Below, piece by piece: positions 12,491-22,458 of a stretch of 64,000 nucleotides of DNA (the first letter of the stretch is position 1; each line of letters starts with the position of its first letter). The notes under the pieces were generated by a model. The model was not told where the DNA came from, made no database searches, and saw nothing but the letters and a program-made list of their open reading frames with translations. The stretch spans positions 256,001 to 320,000 of the forward strand of contig CAWFKQ010000007.1 of assembly GCA_963816395.1 (NCBI GenBank), read 5' to 3'. Source of the DNA: an uncultured delta proteobacterium (GTDB lineage Bacteria > Desulfobacterota > Desulfuromonadia > Desulfuromonadales > JACZKF01). A program made the translations under genes and the position numbers.

Positions 12491-12629
12491 AGTCTCCGAA
12501 TCGGAAACGATGGGTTTTCGGCTTGGCAAGGAAATCAATGGCTTGCGCGGGAGCGTACGGCGGTATGCCACAAGCTAGCCCGAAGATTGAACATATCCAT
12601 GGTGGAAAGGAACCGTTCCAGCGGGAACC
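12491..12629. repeat. Degenerate copy of ~140-bp MITE-like palindromic element
   Basis: Shares cggaaacga..tggcaaggaaatcaa..ttgcgcgg..gcgtac..cacaagc..agattga with 25564-25704. Confidence 0.75.
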
Positions 12630-12747
12630 ATGTTAACAAAGCAGGTTTTTAATGTAAAGCTGGTTCCCCTCCCGCCGCTCCGAAAGACTAAGGGATTGAC
12701 CGAAGCCCGCGGGAATGCTAATAGATGCCGCAATTATGGGAGATGCC

Positions 12748-13267
12748 ATGGAAGATAACAAAATTTCGATTCCCAGGGACGAACTCTTCAAAAAACAGAA
12801 CTTCGATATCGACGATCTGCAGGACGAGATCCGGGTCGATGAGCTCTGCGGCCGTCTGCTGCGCTTCTTCTACCTGGACCTGATGGAAAGAGAGGCGATG
12901 TCCTCGGCCGAAGCGGGCGCTCTGGCGCATGGTGCGGACTATTTCCTGCGAGAATTCATCATCCCCGACCGTCGGGAGAATATCTTCGAGCTGCGCCCTG
13001 GTCGGGTCCGCCAGTTTGCCGGTACCTGGTACATCATCAGGAACATGGAACCGAACATGGCAGAGCTGACCGGCATTCTCAACGGCGTGGAGGCCTTCTA
13101 CCGCTACTGCTGGCGGCTCGGCAAGATCGCGTGACGAGACGGTCTGGGAAATCGAGCGGGATTGCCGGGATAAGGGCTATTACCAGCAACGGATCGATTC
13201 CTTCTGGGCCATCGAGGGAGACGGCTATTTCGCCTGGGAAGAAGAATGCTCCCTGAAGGGCGGGTAA
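12748..13267 (+). CDS. Hypothetical protein (frameshift ~13130)
   Basis: ORF 12715-13134 continues in another frame as DETVWEIERDCRDKGYYQQRIDSFWAIEGDGYFAWEEECSLKGG*. Confidence 0.65.
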
Positions 13268-13271
13268 AGCC

Positions 13272-13347
13272 AGTGAGGTAGTGAGAGAGTGAGGTAGTAA
13301 CTTCACTATCTCACTAACTCACTCTCTCGCTATCCCTCTATCTCACT
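13272..13347. repeat. Inverted octamer arrays (AGTGAGGT / ACTATCTC)
   Basis: agtgaggt agtgagag agtgaggt ... cactatct cactaact cactctct cgctatcc ctctatct cact. Confidence 0.85.
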
Positions 13348-13358
13348 TTGGTCTTCTC

Positions 13359-14306
13359 TTGACGCGTAACCCTAAACTCACTGCTGCCCGCCTCTCCATT
13401 GCCACGGCCACCGGTCTGGCCCTGCTCAAACTGCTTACCGGGCTGGCCACCGGCTCACTGGCGGTACTCTCCTCGGCGGTCGATTCCCTGCTCGATATTC
13501 TGATGTCCGGAATCAATTTCCTGGCGATCCGCCAAGCCGAGCAGCCGGCCGACTCCAGCCATCCCTTCGGGCACGGCAAATACGAGACTCTGGCCACCCT
13601 CCTGCAGTCGCTGGTGATTGCCGCCTCCGGCAGCTGGATCATTTTCGAATCGATTCGCCGCCTCCTGCGGGGTGCGGAGGTGCAGCGCCTGGGGGAAGGC
13701 ATTGGCGTCCTGACGGTCAGTGCCGCCGTCTCCTGGTGGATCGGCCGTTATCTGCGCCGCACCGCCGAGCGCACCGAATCCTCCGCCCTAAGGGCCGATT
13801 CCCTGCACTTCTCCATGGATGTCTACAGCAACCTGGCCCTCGTGGCGGGGCTGATAGCTATGACCCTCACCGGCGCCACCTGGCTCGATCCGGTCCTTTC
13901 CCTGCTGGTGGCATCCTACATCATCTTCGAGGCCCTGCGGCTGGTGCGCCACGGTCTGCGCGATGCCCTCGACGAGCAGCTGCCGGAGTCAGTGCGCCAG
14001 GAGATCTCCCGCCTCATCGAGGCACACAAGGGCGATCTGCTCGGTTACCACAATCTGCGTACGCGGCGGGCCGGATCGCAGAAGATCATGGACTTCCACC
14101 TGACCGTCTGCAAACACCTGTCGGTGGAAGAGGCCCATGCCATCGCCGATCACCTGGAGAAACGCATCGAGGAGGATATCCGCGGCGCCGATGTCACTAT
14201 CCACGTCGAGCCCTGCCGGAGACCCGACTGCCCCGGTCGGGAACATTGCTCGGCCGATCGGGCGCGTCTCGGCCCGGACGAGGAAGAGCTGCAAGACCCT
14301 TCATAA
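13359..14306 (+). CDS. Cation diffusion facilitator (FieF-like) transporter
   Basis: SLAVLSSAVDSLLD, HPFGHGKYE, ADSLHFSMD, TIHVEP. Confidence 0.9.
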   Translation: MTRNPKLTAARLSIATATGLALLKLLTGLATGSLAVLSSAVDSLLDILMSGINFLAIRQAEQPADSSHPFGHGKYETLATLLQSLVIAASGSWIIFESIRRLLRGAEVQRLGEGIGVLTVSAAVSWWIGRYLRRTAERTESSALRADSLHFSMDVYSNLALVAGLIAMTLTGATWLDPVLSLLVASYIIFEALRLVRHGLRDALDEQLPESVRQEISRLIEAHKGDLLGYHNLRTRRAGSQKIMDFHLTVCKHLSVEEAHAIADHLEKRIEEDIRGADVTIHVEPCRRPDCPGREHCSADRARLGPDEEELQDPS

Positions 14307-14338
14307 AAAAGGGGAGCGCCTTCCGGCGCTCCCCTTTT
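14305..14338. terminator. Bidirectional rho-independent terminator
   Basis: aaaaaaggggagcgcc ttcc ggcgctcccctttt between convergent genes. Confidence 0.85.
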
Positions 14339-14359
14339 CCCATCAGCAGGACTTCTTGC

Positions 14360-16357
14360 TCAGGCTCTGTTCTCGAGATTCTTGAGCCCTTCCAGCCGTT
14401 CGATGACTTCCTGGCTTCCCTTCTGCCGCTCTTCCATCTCGGCGAAAATCCGCCGGGCCATTTCGCTGACACCGGCGACGGCCTTTTCGATGTCGCGTGT
14501 ATTGTGCTTCTGCTTTTCCGCCGAGCGGACGAGCTCGACCGCCATCGCTTTAAGCTCCTCGACAGACTTGACGATACTGCGTGTCCCCTGCGCCTGCTCC
14601 CGCGAAGCCAGCGAGACATGCGAGGACATTTCTCCCAGCTCCTCGATAGAGACACTGACCGATTCGACGCTTGCGGAAACCTCCTGGGTCGCCTTGCGAA
14701 TGCTGTGCGCCATCTCCATGGCGAGCACGGCGCTATCCAGGATCTGCTGCAGGGATGCCGCCATCTTTTCGCCTAGACCAACCCCGTCCTGGACCAACTG
14801 CCGGGTGATGCCGATATGTTCGACCGTCTCCCGGGTATACACCTGGCTCTCTTCGATGATCTGGGTGATAGCACTGGTCGAGCGGGCCGCCTCCTGGGAG
14901 AGGTTGCGTACTTCCTCCGCCACCACGGCGAAGGAACGTCCGTGTTCCCCGGCCTGGGCGGCAATGATCGCCGCATTGAGCGCCAGCAGGTTGGTCTTCT
15001 GGGTGATCTCGTTGATTACCGTGGTGATGCTGCCGATCTCCTCTCCCTTTTCTGCCAGCCGGCCGATCGCCACCGTCGCCTTTTCTACCGCCCCGGAGAT
15101 CCCCTTCAGCCCCTCCAGAGCCCCTGTCACCGAGCCCACCCCGCTCTCCGCCTGCACCTTGACCTGCTCCGACATCGAATGGGAGCGGGCGGCGCTCTCC
15201 TGCACGCTGCCGATGGTCGTGGAGATTTCGGTCATGGCGGAGATCGACTTATCCATGAAATCGGTCAACTGATGCAGGTTCTGCGAGACCTGCTCGATGG
15301 ATACCGAGATTTCGCCGGTCGATGAGCGGGTTGCCTCGACCACTTCCCTGACCACGTCGGCCGCCCTGGCGACATCGAGAATCGACTCGCTGGTGGAGTG
15401 GGTCGCCTCCTTCAGGGAGAGGTCATGGCGGGCATGTTCCTCCCGAAACTTGAGAAGTTCCTGGAAAGTATGGCTCAGCTCTTTGGTCAGGGTCTCGACC
15501 GCCTCCAGCAGACCGATCTTCATTAAGGCAGAGCCCACCTGGTCGGAAAACAGCTTGACCGTATCGACGTCGGTATCGTCGAGCTTTTTCCGCTTGACCT
15601 TGTTGTCGACGGCGAACAGCCCGACCACCTCGTCACGGACGAGGATGGGAGTGAGAATAAAGCTGCGCGAACGCAACTGAACGATATTGTCGCAGGGCGG
15701 CTTCAGGTGGTATTCCTCCGGCATCCGGGCGATGTCCTCGACCAGGAGCACCTGCTTGGATAAAACAGTCTTGTAGATGGCGCCGCCACGGTCGTCCATG
15801 GGGACATAAATGCCCTCCACGTTGTCATCCCCCGACCCGCGGCTGGCGACGAAATCCCCGGAGGTGCGTTCGGGGTTGAGCATCATGATGTTGACCCGGT
15901 CGTACCCAAGAATGTCGTGCAGCGCGTCGGCAGCCAGGCTAAAGATCTCCCGAACATCGAAGGATTTCTGCAGGTGGGAGTTGATGGAGTGGAAATTCTT
16001 GAGATTTTTGTTGAGATCGCGGAATTTGAACTCGAATTCCTCTTTCTGCATGGCAACGGTGCGGTTGAGCTCATCGAGGCGGCGGGCACGGTCGTGCATT
16101 TCCTGCGCCCCCCGGCCGAGAATGAATCCGACAATGCCGAAAACCAGGGCGGTGCCGCCCCCCATGTAAAGATAAAGGGCGATGCTCTGGCCGGAAGCGG
16201 TGATGCCGCTTACGGTCTGCTGCCAGAGGCCCTGCCCTTCCTGCCAGAAGAAAACCAGCCGCAGCACCGTCCAGCCGATCGGCGCCAGCAAGCCCAGGAA
16301 AAACCCATACAGGCCATACCGCCAACTGTAACCTCCGGAGATTTCCACCGACTTCAT
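14360..16357 (-). CDS. Methyl-accepting chemotaxis protein with GAF domain
   Basis: Two N-terminal TM segments, GAF-like region, QKTNLLALNAAIIAAQAGEHGRSFAVVAEEVR. Confidence 0.9.
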   Translation of the reverse strand: MKSVEISGGYSWRYGLYGFFLGLLAPIGWTVLRLVFFWQEGQGLWQQTVSGITASGQSIALYLYMGGGTALVFGIVGFILGRGAQEMHDRARRLDELNRTVAMQKEEFEFKFRDLNKNLKNFHSINSHLQKSFDVREIFSLAADALHDILGYDRVNIMMLNPERTSGDFVASRGSGDDNVEGIYVPMDDRGGAIYKTVLSKQVLLVEDIARMPEEYHLKPPCDNIVQLRSRSFILTPILVRDEVVGLFAVDNKVKRKKLDDTDVDTVKLFSDQVGSALMKIGLLEAVETLTKELSHTFQELLKFREEHARHDLSLKEATHSTSESILDVARAADVVREVVEATRSSTGEISVSIEQVSQNLHQLTDFMDKSISAMTEISTTIGSVQESAARSHSMSEQVKVQAESGVGSVTGALEGLKGISGAVEKATVAIGRLAEKGEEIGSITTVINEITQKTNLLALNAAIIAAQAGEHGRSFAVVAEEVRNLSQEAARSTSAITQIIEESQVYTRETVEHIGITRQLVQDGVGLGEKMAASLQQILDSAVLAMEMAHSIRKATQEVSASVESVSVSIEELGEMSSHVSLASREQAQGTRSIVKSVEELKAMAVELVRSAEKQKHNTRDIEKAVAGVSEMARRIFAEMEERQKGSQEVIERLEGLKNLENRA

Positions 16358-16615
16358 CGTCCCTGGCCCCCTTGCCCGCAGTCAGAAAAAGAAACACCGG
16401 GCCTGCCGCCCCGTGCTGAACCGTGATTTCAAAGTGTTTCCGGCCGGAAACAAGACTAGCTGTCAGTTCCTGAATCGGTCAAGAGAAATCAACGTAAGTA
16501 TCAGGCAGGAGGCAAGGGCTGGAGGTAAAATCAAGGGCCAAGCGGTCCCCACCCGAACGTCGACAGCTCTTCTAGCTTTTTCCTCTGGCCTCTAGCCGCG
16601 TGCCCCTAGCCTCTT

Positions 16616-17584
16616 TTATTCCCTCTCGTCCAGCCTGCCCAAGGCCAGACTGGCCGCACCCAGGATCCCGGCATCGTCGCCCAGGCGGCCGCGGGCGATT
16701 TTCAGCCGGCCGGCGGGAACGCCGAAAGCCCGGCGGGCAATCTCGTTTTCCAGGGCCGGGCGCATCAGGTCCAGGCTTTCGCTGGCCCCGCCGGTGATCA
16801 CCACGCCATCCAGGTTGAGCAGGTTGGCGGCCACCCCGGCGAGCACCTGCCCCAGGCGACGGCCGGCTTCCGCGAAGGCGGCCTGGGCCACCGGGTCGCC
16901 GCGCCGGGCGGCCAGGGCGATATTGTGACTGGTCAGGTCCTCCTCAGGCAAGGTCGCCAAAGCGCTCTGCGCACCGGCCGCCAACTGTTCCCGCACCGTC
17001 CGCACCACCCCGGAAGCCGAGGCGTACTGCTCCATGCAGCCGTGACTGCCACAACCGCAGACCCTGCCTTCCGGCTCGACCGTGATGTGCCCCACCTCGC
17101 CGGCGGCGCCGTCGCAGCCTTCCCATAATCGACGCCCCAGAACCAGGCCGCCGCCGACGCCGGTTCCCAGGGTGACGGTCAGGAAAGAGGCGAACTCCCG
17201 ACCGGCGCCGAACAATGCCTCCCCCCAGGCGATGGCGTTGGCGTCGTTGACAATGGTCACCGGCAGATGCAATGCCGCCTGCAGTTGCTGCGCCAGCTGC
17301 AGGCCGTTAAGGGGAAGAAGGTTGGGGGAAAAAGTCACCGTGCCGTCGGTGGCGATCACCCCCGGCGTTCCCATGCCGACCGCCCGCACCCGCAGACCCT
17401 TTTCCTGCCCTGCGCGGAGGAAGTCGTGGCAAAAGGCGAGCAGGCGGGCGAGGAACTCTTCCCTCCCCTCCTCGATGCGGGTCGGCATGCGGCCGACCTC
17501 GCCAATTTCACCAGCCGCTGAAACCAGGGCGCCCCGGCAGTTGGTGCCCCCCAGGTCGATGCCGATAATCGCCTCGGCGGTCAT
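16616..17584 (-). CDS. ROK-family glucokinase
   Basis: GIDLGGT, NDANA, TLGTGVGGG, GEVGH, CGCGSHGCMEQ. Confidence 0.9.
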   Translation of the reverse strand: MTAEAIIGIDLGGTNCRGALVSAAGEIGEVGRMPTRIEEGREEFLARLLAFCHDFLRAGQEKGLRVRAVGMGTPGVIATDGTVTFSPNLLPLNGLQLAQQLQAALHLPVTIVNDANAIAWGEALFGAGREFASFLTVTLGTGVGGGLVLGRRLWEGCDGAAGEVGHITVEPEGRVCGCGSHGCMEQYASASGVVRTVREQLAAGAQSALATLPEEDLTSHNIALAARRGDPVAQAAFAEAGRRLGQVLAGVAANLLNLDGVVITGGASESLDLMRPALENEIARRAFGVPAGRLKIARGRLGDDAGILGAASLALGRLDERE

Positions 17585-17991
17585 TTTCCGCTCCGTTCCT
17601 CCGTGGCGATGGCCAGTTTCCCAAACCCGGTCTCGCGCGCCAGGTCCATCAATTGCACGACCCGGCCGTGCCGCGTGTTGCGATCCGCCAGCAGCAGGAA
17701 AGTCATGCCGGCGGCCTTTTGCCCATATCCGGCCAGTCTCTTGCGCGCCTCTTCCAGCGTCAGGTGCTGTTCACCAAGATAGATCTCCCCGGCCTCTGAC
17801 AGATAGATCTTTACTTCCTGCGGCTCCCTTTCCACCGCCTGGGCGGAAGACTCCGGCAACTTCACGGAAATTCCCGGAGTTTGCACGAAAGTCGTTGAAA
17901 TCATGAAGAAAATAAGCAACAAAAAGACGACGTCCACCATTGGAGTGAGCTCAATGCGGGGATCCTCCCGTCGTTTGCGTAGAAACGGCAT
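17581..17991 (-). CDS. exbD: ExbD/TolR family protein
   Basis: LTPMVDVVFLLLIFFM. Confidence 0.88.
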   Translation of the reverse strand: MPFLRKRREDPRIELTPMVDVVFLLLIFFMISTTFVQTPGISVKLPESSAQAVEREPQEVKIYLSEAGEIYLGEQHLTLEEARKRLAGYGQKAAGMTFLLLADRNTRHGRVVQLMDLARETGFGKLAIATEERSGK

Positions 17992-17994
17992 GGC

Positions 17995-18594
17995 TCAGCC
18001 CCCCAGCAGGTCGACGACATGCAGCGAATGCTCTTCCATCACCAGGACGATGCGCTCCACTCGACTGCTCAGATACTTGTGCAGCAGGAGAGTCGGGATG
18101 GCGACGGAAAGGCCGGCGGCGGTAGTAATCAGCGCCTGGGAAATGCCGCCGCCGAGGGTGGCCGGGGTGCCCACCCCCTGGATGGCGATGACCCGAAAGG
18201 CCTCGATCATCCCCACCACCGTGCCGAGCAGGCCGAGCAGCGGCGAAAGGTTGGCAATGGTTCCCAGCAGGCCGAGATAACGTTCGAGCGGAGCCGCCTC
18301 GCGCCGCCCCACCTCTTCCACAACGGCTTTGATGTGCTCCCGCGGGCGACCGCCGGCACGCAGGGCGGCAATGAAGATGCGGGCGAGGGGCGTGCCGGCC
18401 CGCTGACAGACAATCATAGCCTCATCGGGCCGGTCCTTGTGCACCAGGTCTTCCACCTCCCGCACCAGCGCTTCGGTTCCCCGGCGCACCCGGGCGAAGG
18501 TCCACATCCGCTCCAGGAAGATGCCGAGGGCAAGCACCGAACAGAGAAGGATGGGGTACATCAGTGGTCCGCCCTTCTGGAAAATCTCAAGCAT
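17995..18594 (-). CDS. exbB: MotA/TolQ/ExbB proton channel protein
   Basis: PLLGLLGTVVGMI, GISQALITTAAGL. Confidence 0.88.
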   Translation of the reverse strand: MLEIFQKGGPLMYPILLCSVLALGIFLERMWTFARVRRGTEALVREVEDLVHKDRPDEAMIVCQRAGTPLARIFIAALRAGGRPREHIKAVVEEVGRREAAPLERYLGLLGTIANLSPLLGLLGTVVGMIEAFRVIAIQGVGTPATLGGGISQALITTAAGLSVAIPTLLLHKYLSSRVERIVLVMEEHSLHVVDLLGG

Positions 18595-18619
18595 GAACGA
18601 ACTATCCTTTCAAAAAAGA

Positions 18620-18922
18620 CTAGGGGGCTTCTTTTCTGTCGCTGGCCCCTGGCTTCCCGCTGGCCGCATCCCCGGACTTGCGGCTGGCCGCATCCTTCTG
18701 CAGGAGATGCAGCTGCCGGCGCAGCTGGGAACCGCGGATGGTGCTCAGCAGCGCCGCGGCCAGAAAACCGAGGAGGAAACTGAAGAGGATGAACAGGAAC
18801 AGGGGCAGGTCGCCGCTCTGGAAACCGACAAACCGGATCTGCACCGGCTGACTGTTGTACGCACTGAAAATGAACAGGACCACGAGAATGGCGATGGCCA
18901 AGGACAATTTCAAGGTTCTCAC
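18620..18922 (-). CDS. LapA-family small membrane protein
   Basis: Two TM segments with F..N.Q.V pattern and a coiled tail. Confidence 0.65.
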   Translation of the reverse strand: MRTLKLSLAIAILVVLFIFSAYNSQPVQIRFVGFQSGDLPLFLFILFSFLLGFLAAALLSTIRGSQLRRQLHLLQKDAASRKSGDAASGKPGASDRKEAP

Positions 18923-19416
18923 GGGCGCCTCCCGGAAAAAGCCTGAGACAGGATTTCATAGGTCTCCTCCAGATGCTGGGGGATAACCCGGACATCGGTG
19001 AAGACCGGCATGAAATTGGTGTCTCCGCTCCAGCGGGGAACGATGTGCAGGTGCAGGTGATCGGCGATCCCCGCACCGGCGATCTGTCCCAGGTTCATAC
19101 CGATATTGAAACCCTGGGGTCCAGACGTCTCCAGCAGCACTTCGCGCGCGGCAACCAGCAGACGATGCATTTCCATCACCTCATCCGCCGACAACTGCCC
19201 CGGATCCGCGGTATGCCGGTAGGGAGCAATCATCAGGTGGCCATTGGTGTAGGGGTACTTGTTCATAATGAGAAAAGCCGTCTGGCCGCGCCGGAGAACC
19301 AGCCGCTGGCGATCCTCCTCCTGCCCCGGCGGCAGGCAAAAAACACAGCCGGCCTCCGGCGCTTCCGATTCCCCGCGGATATAGCTCATCCGCCACGGGG
19401 CCCAAAGCTGTTTCAT
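18919..19416 (-). CDS. HIT-family hydrolase
   Basis: MKQLWAPWR, CVFC, NKYPYTNGHL, HLHLHIVPRW. Confidence 0.9.
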   Translation of the reverse strand: MKQLWAPWRMSYIRGESEAPEAGCVFCLPPGQEEDRQRLVLRRGQTAFLIMNKYPYTNGHLMIAPYRHTADPGQLSADEVMEMHRLLVAAREVLLETSGPQGFNIGMNLGQIAGAGIADHLHLHIVPRWSGDTNFMPVFTDVRVIPQHLEETYEILSQAFSGRRP

Positions 19417-19976
19417 CGTGATAGTCTCCTCTTTGTCCTTCGCAACACCCGAGCCATGGAAAGAAATAGATTCTGTTCCGCTCCCTTGATGGCCAGCAAA
19501 AGGGGAGTGGAGCTTTTCTGAACAGATGCCAGATCTGAACCTCGGCAATTATAGGGGAATCCCGCTGCAGGTAAAACCTTAAATTTTTTATCCTCCTGGT
19601 GGCGGGGTGTCAATCCCCGGGAGGCTGGTTCGCATGGCCGAAATCCGCCGGCAGGCAGGCCGGTTCCCGCCGCTGCCGGCAGTCGGGCACTCGCTTGGAA
19701 GCCTCCTTGAACCTGCTTTAAATAAGGATTACCTTGGATAGAAATGTGTTCAGAAGGTTGCGGCAGATTTTTTGCAAACGATTCAAAATAGGGTTTGATT
19801 GAACCGGAGCGCATGGAATCTTCTTGACAGAAGAACTCCCTCCCTATATTTTTCACTTTACTTAAAGTAAAAATATTCAGCTATATTTAAAAACAAACGC
19901 CGTATCACATTTATCAAATGATCCCACAAATGACATATCGACGCCAGAAAAACCATCCATAGGGAGGATAAACCAG

Positions 19977-22238
19977 ATGTCCAAACGACAGGACGCCCTG
20001 GACTACCACAGTTCAGGCCGTAAGGGAAAAATCGAAGTCATCACCACCAAACCGTGCGCCACGAGCCGCGACCTCTCCCTCGCCTACAGTCCCGGTGTTG
20101 CCGAACCCTGCCTGGAAATCGAGAAAAACCCCAACGACGCCTATAAATATACCGCCAAAGGGAACCTGGTCGCCGTCATCTCCAATGGCACGGCCGTGCT
20201 CGGCCTGGGGGACATCGGCGCTCTGGCCGGCAAGCCGGTCATGGAAGGCAAAGGGGTTCTGTTCAAGCGCTTTGCCGACGTCGACGTTTTCGACATTGAA
20301 CTCGACACCAAGGATTCGGATGAAATCATCCGCACCGTCAAACTGCTTGAGCCGACCTTCGGCGGCATCAACCTGGAGGATATCAAGGGGCCCGAATGCT
20401 TCTACATCGAAGAGAAGCTCAAGGGGATGATGAACATCCCGGTCTTCCACGACGATCAGCATGGGACGGCCATCATCGCCAACGCCGGCCTGATCAATGC
20501 CCTGGAGATCGTCGGCAAGAAGATCGGGGACGTCAGGATCGTCGTCAACGGCGCCGGGGCGGCGGGCATCGCCTGCGCCAACATGGCCCTGACTCTCGGC
20601 GCCGACCCGAAGAAGATGTACCTGTGCGACACCAAAGGGGTGATCTACAAGGGGCGCACCAGCGGCATGAACGAATACAAGGAGCGCCTGGCCAATGAGA
20701 CCAGGTATCGCACCCTGGAAGAAGTGATGGCCGGCGCCGATGTTTTCTTCGGCGTCTCGGCCAAGGGGGCCGTCACCCGGGAGATGGTCGCCTCGATGGC
20801 CAAGGACCCGGTCATCTTCGCCATGGCCAATCCCGACCCGGAGATCACCCCCGATGAGGCCAAGGCGGTGCGCGAGGACGTGATCATCGGCACCGGCCGC
20901 AGCGATTACAACAATCAGGTCAACAACGTGCTGTGCTTCCCTTTCCTCTTCCGCGGCGCCCTCGATACCCATGCCACGGCGATCAACGACGAAATGAAAA
21001 TGGCGGCCTGCCTGGCCCTGGCCAACCTGGCTAAACAGGACGTGCCGGACTCGGTGCGCCGGGCCTACGGCAATACCGCCATCAGCTTCGGTCGCGAGTA
21101 TCTGCTCCCCAAACCTTTCGATCCCCGGGTGCTGCTGAACGTCGCCCCGGCGGTAGCCAAAGCGGCAATGGACAGCGGCGTCGCCCGTCGCCCGATAGAG
21201 AGCATGGAGAAGTACTGCGAATCCCTGGAGGCGCTGCAGGGACGTTCGAAGGAAATCATGCGCGGCCTGATCAACAAGGCCAAGGCTTCACCCAAGCGGG
21301 TGGTTTTCCCGGAGGGTGAGGAGGACAAGATCCTGCGGGCGGCGCAGATCCTTATCGACGAAGGGATCGCCGTGCCCATCCTGCTCGGTGAGGAAGAAGA
21401 GATCCGGGCGAAGATCAAGGCCCTCGGCCTTGACCTGGGCAACGTGCAGATCATTGATCCCGCACAAAGCCCGAAAGTGGCCGCCTATGAGGAAGAATTC
21501 TTCAAGATGCGGCAGCGCAAAGGGGTGACCCTGGCCGAAGCGCGCCGGCTGATCCGGAAAAATCGCAACTATTACGGAGCGATGATGGTCCAGGACGGAG
21601 ACGCCGATTCGTTGCTCTCCGGCCTCAGCCACCATTACCCGGACACCATCCGCCCGGCCCTGGAAATCATCGGCAAGCAGGAAGGGCTCTCCAAGGTGCA
21701 TGGCCTCTATATGATGGTGTTCAAGAAAAACGTGGTGTTCTGCGCCGACACGACGGTGACCATCGAACCGACCGCCGAGGAACTGGCTGAAACCGCCATC
21801 CTCACCGCCCAGAAGGTCAGCCACTTCGATGTCGAGCCGCGTATCGCCATGCTCTCTTTCTCCAACTATGGCAGCGCCGAGCACCCCCTGACCATCAAGG
21901 TCAAGCGGGCGACGGCGCTGGTGAAGCAATGGGCTCCCGACCTGATCGTGGATGGCGAGGTCCAGGCCAATGTCGCCCTCGATCCGGAACTCTCCGCCCG
22001 CCAATATCCCTTCTCCAGCCTGAAAGGGAATGCCAACGTGCTGATCTTCCCCGATCTGCAGTCCGGCAACATCTCCTACAAGCTGCTCAACAAGCTGGGC
22101 GGGGCCGAAGCGGTCGGACCGATCCTGATGGGGATGAAAAAACCGGTGCATGTACTGCAGCGCGGCGACGACGTCACCGACATCGTCAATATGGCGGCCG
22201 TGGCGGTCGTCGATGCCCAGGTGGCGGAAGGCAAATAA
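19977..22238 (+). CDS. maeB: NADP-dependent malic enzyme (PTA-fused)
   Basis: [30 protein letters not shown]-terminal PTA-like domain; 753 aa. Confidence 0.95.
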   Translation: MSKRQDALDYHSSGRKGKIEVITTKPCATSRDLSLAYSPGVAEPCLEIEKNPNDAYKYTAKGNLVAVISNGTAVLGLGDIGALAGKPVMEGKGVLFKRFADVDVFDIELDTKDSDEIIRTVKLLEPTFGGINLEDIKGPECFYIEEKLKGMMNIPVFHDDQHGTAIIANAGLINALEIVGKKIGDVRIVVNGAGAAGIACANMALTLGADPKKMYLCDTKGVIYKGRTSGMNEYKERLANETRYRTLEEVMAGADVFFGVSAKGAVTREMVASMAKDPVIFAMANPDPEITPDEAKAVREDVIIGTGRSDYNNQVNNVLCFPFLFRGALDTHATAINDEMKMAACLALANLAKQDVPDSVRRAYGNTAISFGREYLLPKPFDPRVLLNVAPAVAKAAMDSGVARRPIESMEKYCESLEALQGRSKEIMRGLINKAKASPKRVVFPEGEEDKILRAAQILIDEGIAVPILLGEEEEIRAKIKALGLDLGNVQIIDPAQSPKVAAYEEEFFKMRQRKGVTLAEARRLIRKNRNYYGAMMVQDGDADSLLSGLSHHYPDTIRPALEIIGKQEGLSKVHGLYMMVFKKNVVFCADTTVTIEPTAEELAETAILTAQKVSHFDVEPRIAMLSFSNYGSAEHPLTIKVKRATALVKQWAPDLIVDGEVQANVALDPELSARQYPFSSLKGNANVLIFPDLQSGNISYKLLNKLGGAEAVGPILMGMKKPVHVLQRGDDVTDIVNMAAVAVVDAQVAEGK

Positions 22239-22249
22239 GTCTGAAACCC

Positions 22250-22449
22250 AGGCAAGAGACAAGAGGCTAGCGGCTAGAGGTAAAACCGCATAAGGGGAGC
22301 GCTCCGGCGCTCCCCCGTTCTTTTTCCACTTTCCCTTCCCATGAGAAAACAATCCTGATAAACTTCGCGCAAAAATTAGGGCTCCTGGCCGTGGTTAGAG
22401 GAGTATTGTTCGGCCTTTACCTCTAGCCTCTTGCCTCTAGCCTCTTGCC
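22250..22449. repeat. Inverted heptamer arrays (AGGCTAG/AGGCAAG x5 at 22250-22284; complement at 22416-22449)
   Basis: aggcaag agacaag aggctag cggctag aggtaaa vs tttacct ctagcct cttgcct ctagcct cttgcc. Confidence 0.85.
22293..22326 (+). terminator. maeB terminator
   Basis: ggggagcgc tccg gcgctcccc followed by a T-rich run. Confidence 0.75.
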
Positions 22450-22458
22450 GAGGATTTT

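Noticed and set aside
12660..12715. c-di-GMP/GEMM-type riboswitch (also checked upstream of flp)
   Set aside because: Lacks the GCAAA/GAAA two-hairpin consensus; not supportable without an Rfam scan.
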